Source: Bythopirellula sp.
GTDB lineage: Bacteria > Planctomycetota > Planctomycetia > Pirellulales > Lacipirellulaceae
DNA: 64,000 nucleotides
Assembly (NCBI GenBank): GCA_965216565.1
Contig: OZ244170.1
Coordinates: 1,312,001 to 1,376,000, forward strand
Reading direction: 5' to 3'
Shown here: piece after piece, positions 58,290-64,000 of the stretch
Position numbering within the stretch: position 1 is the stretch's first letter
Layout: each line of letters begins with the position of its first letter
Notes under the pieces: model-generated
The model's input: only the letters and a program-made list of their open reading frames with translations
Databases searched by the model: none
Told to the model about the DNA's origin: nothing
Made by a program: the position numbers and the translations under genes

Positions 58290-59063
58290 ATGAGCGAATC
58301 AACTGACAATTCTCAGATTTACTTAATCATGGGAGCTTCTGGAGGGATAGGTACCGCTTTGTCTCGGAGACTGCACGAGGCAGGACACAAAGTTCTTCTG
58401 GTTGCACGCGGCAGCGACAGGCTCGATGCTATGGCAAGTGAGTTGGAGACCAAGAAATGGGACATTGATGCTACGAACATCAAATCTGTGGAGAATTGTG
58501 TCGCGGAAGCTTCGCGTGAATTTGGCCGGATTGACGGAATTGTCAATTGCGTTGGGTCACTACTTTTGAAACCTGCGCATCTAACCAGTGAGCAGGAGTG
58601 GCACGAGACATTAGCGACAAACCTTACGTCCGCATTCGCAACCGTGCGAACCGCAGGGAAGATCATGGCAAAGCGCGGCGGATCGGTCGTGCTCATGTCC
58701 TCCGCCGCGGCCCGAATCGGACTTCCAAGTCACGAAGCGATTGCGGCAGCGAAAAGTGGGATTATTGGACTCGCTCAATCGGCAGCTGCTTCTTATGCAA
58801 GTCGTAATCTTCGTTTCAACGTTGTAGCTCCTGGACTCATCAAAACCAAGCTAACCAAAAAGATCTGGGAAAGTGACAAAGCCGCAGCAAATTCGACGGC
58901 ATTGCATGCATTAGGACGCCTTGGGCAGCCTGAAGACGTGGCTTCATTAATTGCTTGGTTACTCGACCCTGCCAATGCATGGGTAACTGGCGAAGTTTTT
59001 GGTGTTGATGGCGGTTTGGGTAACGTCCGGTCCTACCCAAAGGCAGCTGCAGAGAATCAATAG
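58290..59063 (+). CDS. Short-chain dehydrogenase/reductase with H-x3-K in place of Y-x3-K
   Basis: GASGGIG, NCVG, SS, HEAIAAAKSG, VAPG and TGEVFGVDGG; AAGGAG RBS before ATG 58290. Confidence 0.85.
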   Translation: MSESTDNSQIYLIMGASGGIGTALSRRLHEAGHKVLLVARGSDRLDAMASELETKKWDIDATNIKSVENCVAEASREFGRIDGIVNCVGSLLLKPAHLTSEQEWHETLATNLTSAFATVRTAGKIMAKRGGSVVLMSSAAARIGLPSHEAIAAAKSGIIGLAQSAAASYASRNLRFNVVAPGLIKTKLTKKIWESDKAAANSTALHALGRLGQPEDVASLIAWLLDPANAWVTGEVFGVDGGLGNVRSYPKAAAENQ

Positions 59064-59621
59064 CCCTACGGGAGCTGTCTCTCGAGCCTCTGTACGACCC
59101 TTCCGGAGCCCACTAACCATCGCTAGAGCCTGAGGAACACCAGCAGGAATCAGCTCCTCAGCGGCGCACCATATGAATATCCGCTGGACTCGCTGGATGT
59201 TCTTATTGATGAACTTCCGTGAATGGCCTTTGGCGATCATTTCCTGCCGAACGGTCTTTAATCGTTGTGGCCCAAACTCAGCTGCCGGGGTCTCACCGTA
59301 TAGCTGCTTCATGATCCGGCAGATGTCCCGGATCATCTCATATTCGCGTGTGGGCTTACCATGCTTGCGATAATACTGCTTGGCGTGACTCAAATAGACA
59401 GCCATTACCTCAATGACACTGGTCTCTTGCTGACGACTACTTATGCCTAGGCCACCACTCTGGAGATACTCCGCTATTAAACGGCGATATTCACTCTTGC
59501 TAAACGCAGAGCCGTATTTGCCAAGATAAATGACCCGGTTGTTGAGACGCACGTAGGCAAGGTTCTTGCCCTTATGGCGGCAGTACTTGGGTACCCTCGA
59601 AGAAGAAGAGTTCGACATCAT
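59064..59621 (-). pseudogene. Truncated tyrosine recombinase/integrase (N-terminal arm and core-binding part only)
   Basis: PKYCRHK...AYVRLN...YLGKYG...EYRRLIAEY, FGPQRLKTVRQ.M and GLRKGRTEARETAPV. The reading then runs into the antisense of the SDR gene, and no catalytic R-H-R-Y domain is present. Confidence 0.8.
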
Positions 59622-59630
59622 GCAACCTCC

Positions 59631-59674
59631 GAAATGCTAGAATTCTGTACCGTACAGAATTTCCTAGCAGTTTC
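59631..59674. repeat. Inverted repeat abutting the integrase RBS
   Basis: GAAATGCTAG-AATTCTGTAC-C-GTACAGAATT-TC-CTAGCAGTTTC. Confidence 0.75.
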
Positions 59675-59736
59675 AGGCCGCACTGCCGAACATCGACAGG
59701 TAGACTAACGTGAAGTCTCGGCAAGACTTAGTAAAA

Positions 59737-59788
59737 GTGGCGGGGGCCGGATTCGAACCGACAACCTCGAGGTTATGAGCTTCGCGGG
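59737..59788 (-). tRNA. 3' half of tRNA-Met(CAT) only (att-site duplication, not an intact gene)
   Basis: Minus strand CCCGCGAAGCTCATAACCTCGAGGTTGTCGGTTCGAATCCGGCCCCCGCCAC gives the anticodon loop CTCATAA, T-loop GTTCGAATC and the 3' acceptor strand. No D-arm or 5' acceptor strand is present upstream. Confidence 0.8.
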
Positions 59789-59864
59789 TTCCAATTGATA
59801 AAACATACTGCGCCTGAAGCACTTACATGAATCTACTCCGGGTTTGTGAGTGTTGCAAATGTTT

Positions 59865-59903
59865 GCAAACAGTCTCGAATAATAGCAAATAGTCTCAATA
59901 ATA
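59865..59903 (+). repeat. Tandem imperfect direct repeat near the att site
   Basis: GCAAACAGTCTCGAATAATA followed by GCAAATAGTCTC-AATAATA. Confidence 0.6.
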
Positions 59904-60629
59904 CTGACCTAAACCCAGCAACAGCTTTTCTACCAGCTTGAAAGGTTTAGGTTGAGATTAATGGCATAGTTTTCTGGCCAAGTGTTAGGTCTGGGTAAAT
60001 GATTTCTCTATTCAATGCGAGTCAGTCACGAGTGATATCAAGAGTCCAAGGAACCGGTTGGTGCGGAGGTCCTGGTGATACCCTGCTTTTTACAACACTG
60101 AGTGTTTGCGCCGCGTAGATCTAGCTTTCGCGTGCTGGTAAGTCCGACCTGTTTGACCAATCTCAACTCGTTACGTGCCAATGTTAGGGCAATCACGTAG
60201 ATTGGATGCCATCGCCTTGATGGCGCTTGGAGCGAATATTTATAGGGCTTCGAATCGAACACATTTTGCATCGAGGAGTACGTCTTGTGCGCAAGAATCG
60301 ACCTTTCGGTTTCGAGCGAATTCCATGCGAGGTGGTGATCACCTAGTATGAAATTGAGAGAGGGGAAGCCGACAATTTCGGACACAATATCTGGCAGTGG
60401 TCATGGTTACCTCCGCACTGTCGCAAATCAACGCTTCGGCGTGCTCAACCGAAGCGGTTATTTCAAGTAAAGTTTATTGCTTCGGTCAAAAGGACCTAAG
60501 CGTCTGCGATAACTACTATGTTTGCACGGTCGATGCAGGCGGCTCTTAGATGCATAGAGCGAAAGTAACAGCGGATGTGCTCACCTCCAGCATGAGGTGC
60601 ACCGCATTAGTAGTCGAATCCGCGATATT

Positions 60630-62111
60630 CTAAGGGGATTCTGAAGAAGTCATATCAACCAGGACTTCGCATCCCACAACACGCTCGACCTGGGCAACGG
60701 TGCCTGCGAGCGTCGCTTCTGCTCTTGCCACTTGTAGTTCAAACATCAACAGCTCTGTAAAGCCGTCTGCAACTTCTCCGAAATCGACTTGTCGCCCGCG
60801 ATAGTCAGCAGAGGCAAGCTGTAGAGTTTTCTTTGCACGTGGCAGGATGCGGTCGCTGTAAAGTCGCAATTGCTCATCGGCGGCATAAGCTTGTTCGGTA
60901 AGGCGACGAATCTGCCGAAACGTATCATCGCGGGCGGCACTAAATTCACGCGATGAGGCGGCGACTTCTGAGGAGGCTTCGCGAATCGAGGCGTTAATGC
61001 GATTCTTCCAAATGGGCAATGTTAATCCAACCATGAAATTGATATTGTCGTGACCGTTAGCCACAGCCGAGACGGCGTCTGTCTCGGTGATTGTCTGCCA
61101 ACCAGCACCAAATACAAAGTCGGGGTATTTATTCAGACAGGCGAGTTGCTGCTTTTGTCGATCGCGCGATATCATCCAGCGTTGCTCCTGTAGCCGGGGG
61201 CTGCACTGCTCGGCAGCGGCAAACAACGCATCTAAGTGAGCGGACACTCCCGACACATTGATCTGGTCGACCGGTTCGATGCCCACCAACGTCGGTTGCT
61301 GAATGAGAGCTGCAAGATCGGCCTGAGCAACGGCTTTTTGGCGACGCAGTCCGATGAGACGCTCATCGAGAGAGTCAACTTGCAACTGAGCCCGGAGCAC
61401 GTCTTGTCCGCTGCCACCTGCGGCGTTCCGCGCTTCGGCGATCTTGATGAGTTCGACGGCAATCTCTCGGTTTTGTTGCGTGATCTCAATAGCGCGATCG
61501 GCGAACCAAAGTTCATAGTAGGCCAAGCGGACCATCTCTTCGATCTGAAGTTCCAGTTGTGCAAGTTTTGCTGCCGCAATCTGAACTTCCCGGCAGGCAA
61601 TTGCTTCCTTCGTCCAGCGCTTTTCGGGCCAGGGATATTTTTGTGCTAGGGAGAGTGTGTTACCGGCGCGTCCCGCTGCCGTTTGCAGCGCCTGATCTGA
61701 GATTGGGTAGAAGCTATTGGAAAGCAGAGGGTCTTCAAGTGAACGTGCCTGCGGAACACGATTGGAAGCGGCCGCCACTCTTGCTCTGGCTGCGCGAATG
61801 CGGGGGTGGTTTGAAATGGCAACGTCAATGAAATACTCCTCCGAAAGCTGACCAACCGGCGGCAACGTTTCTGGGAGCGGCGCGGCTACGGACTCCGACA
61901 GTTCCAGAGTGTGGTGATCCACATTCTGCTTCGGCCCAGACTCATGTTGAACCAGTTCGATCGGCTCGCTGGCGCATGATGTTCGATCGGCCTTTGCATC
62001 CGTAGCTGGGGGGCTAGCAGCCACTTGCCCATTCGGCATCGTCCGGCATCCGGGACAGCTAAGCAAAACCACCAGTAGAAGAGTCGAGATATATGTAATT
62101 TGACGCTGCAA
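60630..62111 (-). CDS. TolC/CusC-like outer membrane efflux lipoprotein
   Basis: Lipobox-like SCPGC; A...HPRIRAARARV, SLEDP, SLAQKYPWP.K, KYPDF and ILPRA...L....YRG. Confidence 0.85.
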   Translation of the reverse strand: MQRQITYISTLLLVVLLSCPGCRTMPNGQVAASPPATDAKADRTSCASEPIELVQHESGPKQNVDHHTLELSESVAAPLPETLPPVGQLSEEYFIDVAISNHPRIRAARARVAAASNRVPQARSLEDPLLSNSFYPISDQALQTAAGRAGNTLSLAQKYPWPEKRWTKEAIACREVQIAAAKLAQLELQIEEMVRLAYYELWFADRAIEITQQNREIAVELIKIAEARNAAGGSGQDVLRAQLQVDSLDERLIGLRRQKAVAQADLAALIQQPTLVGIEPVDQINVSGVSAHLDALFAAAEQCSPRLQEQRWMISRDRQKQQLACLNKYPDFVFGAGWQTITETDAVSAVANGHDNINFMVGLTLPIWKNRINASIREASSEVAASSREFSAARDDTFRQIRRLTEQAYAADEQLRLYSDRILPRAKKTLQLASADYRGRQVDFGEVADGFTELLMFELQVARAEATLAGTVAQVERVVGCEVLVDMTSSESP

Positions 62112-62236
62112 GACTCAAAGCCCCTCTAATAAGACGGCATTTCTCGATGAAACTACCGTTGTTCTCAACTTGCACTGGATCAGGCTCCCGCGTTTAATGG
62201 GGGGAGAGAACGACCCGTATTCCTTCATCGACTACT

Positions 62237-62761
62237 ATGTTGAGCAAGTCCCGTTCAGTCCGAATAGCCGTCAATGTTTGCGTGATCGGTGCGCTTTTGG
62301 TGCCAAATCCGGCACTTGGAACTGCCTTTGCAGGCGATTGCGATTCAACCATTGCTAGCACGCACAAGTGCGAGGGGTGTGGACGCTGCTCGGTGGCCGA
62401 CACGGGAGACCGCTGCGTTTGCTGTCGGAAGAACCCTGTTCGTAGCGTTGAACCTGCCAAGACTTGCTGCACAAAAAAGAAATGCTGTCGCAGCACAGCG
62501 GCAGCTTTGTCACCTAATAAGAATTCGACTGAGGCGGAGGTAAGTAGCTGCCAATGTGGAAGAAGTCCGCAGCCTACCACTCCGCCACCGCCGACCCGTA
62601 GCGCGGCTGAAAAACTCACCGAGTTAATCTCGGCTTCGGCGGTGCTCTATGTCAGCCACATCTGTGGCGAGTCACATTTCTCCTCTCATGAGTTGGAATT
62701 CGTTCCTCTTACATTGCTGTCGCGAGACACCCAGCGGCACCTCTGCGTCTGGCGCATTTGA
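62237..62761 (+). CDS. Cys-rich secreted or membrane-anchored hypothetical protein
   Basis: Hydrophobic N-terminus; CEGCGRC, CVCC, TCC..KCC, CQC; C-terminal HLCVWRI. Confidence 0.65.
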   Translation: MLSKSRSVRIAVNVCVIGALLVPNPALGTAFAGDCDSTIASTHKCEGCGRCSVADTGDRCVCCRKNPVRSVEPAKTCCTKKKCCRSTAAALSPNKNSTEAEVSSCQCGRSPQPTTPPPPTRSAAEKLTELISASAVLYVSHICGESHFSSHELEFVPLTLLSRDTQRHLCVWRI

Positions 62762-62866
62762 TTCTCTGCGCCCCAGGTACGCGCTCATTTCCTGCAGATA
62801 GCAGGTAATACTGCGCGATGCTTCTATTCTGACGCCCCTTCAGCCTCCGATTCTGCGTTGATTGAA

Positions 62867-64000
62867 ATGACTACTCCTATTGAAAATGCGCCCGCGCCCA
62901 AACCAGACGTAAAGTCCAAACAAAGAATTCTATCTGGCGAAAGCCGTCAATGGCTGTTGCGAGTGGGGCTGAAATGCGTCGCACTTCTGGCAACGTTGAT
63001 CTTAGGCATTGTGTTGGTCGGTATAGCCCAACGCATCGGTTGGCTGAGCGCATCGAGCGGTTCCAAAGACGAATCATCAGTCAAGGCAACTGTGGCGACG
63101 GAATACACCTGCCCCATGCACCCAGAGATTCGACAAGACACGCCCGGCAAATGCCCCATCTGCGGTATGGAACTCGTTGCAGCGGAAGGTTCTCAAGCTG
63201 CAACGTCGGCAGCAGACGATTCGGCTGCGCCAACAGAGGAGCGATACATCTGCCCAATGATGTGTACCGAACCCTCTAGCGAGCCAGGCAAGTGTCCCGT
63301 CTGCGCGATGGACCTAGTAGAAGCTACGAGCGGTCCCGGAGGCGGGGAGCGGTCGGTTTCCATCGATTCACACGCCCGGAGAATCTTGGGTATTCGCACT
63401 GCCCAAGCCAAATCGGGAGAGGTCTATCGCACAATCCGGACAGTCGGGCAGATTGACTACGACGAGGAACAGGTCGCAACGATTGCCGCCTACGTCGATG
63501 GTCGCCTGGAAGAATTATTTGCTGAGTACGTGGGTGTGAAAGTCGACAAGGGCGACGACTTGGCGGTGCTTTACAGCCCGCAACTCTACTCGGCACAAGC
63601 TGAGTTTCTATCAAGCCGCGATACTCCTGCTTTGGATGCCTTAGGCGATGGAGCGACAAGACTCAGTGAGGTTGCGCTCGACAATCTGAAAGAGCTTGGC
63701 ATGAGCGAGGCACAGATCGCTGAGTTGCGGCGCAGCGGGGAGGCTCAAAAGCGTTTGCGAATTGCCTCGCCGATCGGGGGCACTGTTATCGCCAAGCACA
63801 AAGTTGAGGGTGACTACGTCAAAACCGGAGAGCCAATTTATCGTGTCGTCGATTTATCTATCGTCTGGCTAATGCTGGAACTCTACCCCAGCGATGCAGC
63901 GGCGGTGCGGTTTGGTCAGCAAGTGGAGGCTGAGGTTCAGTCGCTGCCCGGCGAAGTTTACACGGGCCGAGTCGCATTCATCGATCCGATGGTCGATGAG
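62867..64000 (+). CDS. CusB-like RND efflux periplasmic adaptor with two heavy-metal-binding domains, 3'-partial (absent from the ORF track)
   Basis: Manual translation from ATG 62867: TM, EYTCPMHPEIRQDTPGKCPICGMEL, ERYICPMMC...GKCPVCAMDL, then YSP.L..AQ.E and DLS.VWL MFP motifs; open to the window end. Confidence 0.88.
   Translation, partial: MTTPIENAPAPKPDVKSKQRILSGESRQWLLRVGLKCVALLATLILGIVLVGIAQRIGWLSASSGSKDESSVKATVATEYTCPMHPEIRQDTPGKCPICGMELVAAEGSQAATSAADDSAAPTEERYICPMMCTEPSSEPGKCPVCAMDLVEATSGPGGGERSVSIDSHARRILGIRTAQAKSGEVYRTIRTVGQIDYDEEQVATIAAYVDGRLEELFAEYVGVKVDKGDDLAVLYSPQLYSAQAEFLSSRDTPALDALGDGATRLSEVALDNLKELGMSEAQIAELRRSGEAQKRLRIASPIGGTVIAKHKVEGDYVKTGEPIYRVVDLSIVWLMLELYPSDAAAVRFGQQVEAEVQSLPGEVYTGRVAFIDPMVDE

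Noticed and set aside
58959..59063. C-terminal 35 codons of the 220-aa integrase ORF
   Set aside because: Read-through into the antisense of the SDR gene after the truncation point; not integrase-like.
59737..59815. Intact tRNA-Met gene
   Set aside because: No 5' acceptor strand or D-arm upstream, and mismatches in the anticodon and T stems; only the 3' half is present.
60038..60410. 115-aa ORF and an upstream GGAGGT-ATG
   Set aside because: No recognisable motif, and the RBS-linked ATG opens only a 21-codon frame; not supportable as a gene.

Overview
The window looks like a planctomycete chromosome segment (Pirellulales/Lacipirellulaceae-like). The basis is a DUF1559 prepilin protein, PEP-CTERM proteins with a dockerin-like motif, a Rhodopirellula-type ECF sigma/FecR pair and a planctomycete-type tyrosine integrase. 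It reads as five blocks. (1) 1-9847: a general-stress/osmotic cluster of small DUF883/YqjE-like membrane proteins, YihY, hemerythrin, two MscS channels, DUF3309 and Pmp3. It surrounds a split regulatory cassette (orphan receiver, NarL-type regulator, receiver-less sigma54 activator, histidine kinase), and a sigma54 -24/-12 promoter is visible. A decayed integrase-core remnant follows at about 9.9-10.3 kb. (2) 10564-23417: an uncharacterised co-directional cluster of three FG-GAP/ASPIC-UnbV (CRTAC1-like) proteins, a membrane pentaheme cytochrome c-TPR fusion and a TPR protein. A KamA-family radical SAM gene and a Cys-rich gene sit inside it. (3) 23426-35977: an ECF sigma/anti-sigma glycan-utilisation-like locus (DUF1559, two PEP-CTERM paralogs, GH30, GH5-CBM6). 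A conserved bipartite promoter-like motif occurs twice. (4) 36205-59063: a photo-oxidative/DNA-repair-like neighbourhood with Nei glycosylase, folE, queD, fasciclin, a class II photolyase-renalase fusion, DUF2256, DUF427, DUF429, DUF2867, sdhCAB and an SDR. It ends at a truncated integrase and the 3' half of a tRNA-Met (att-like site). (5) 60630-64000: the start of a heavy-metal RND efflux locus. No CRISPR array, rRNA or intact tRNA was seen. All assignments come from motif recognition by eye; no database searches were run.
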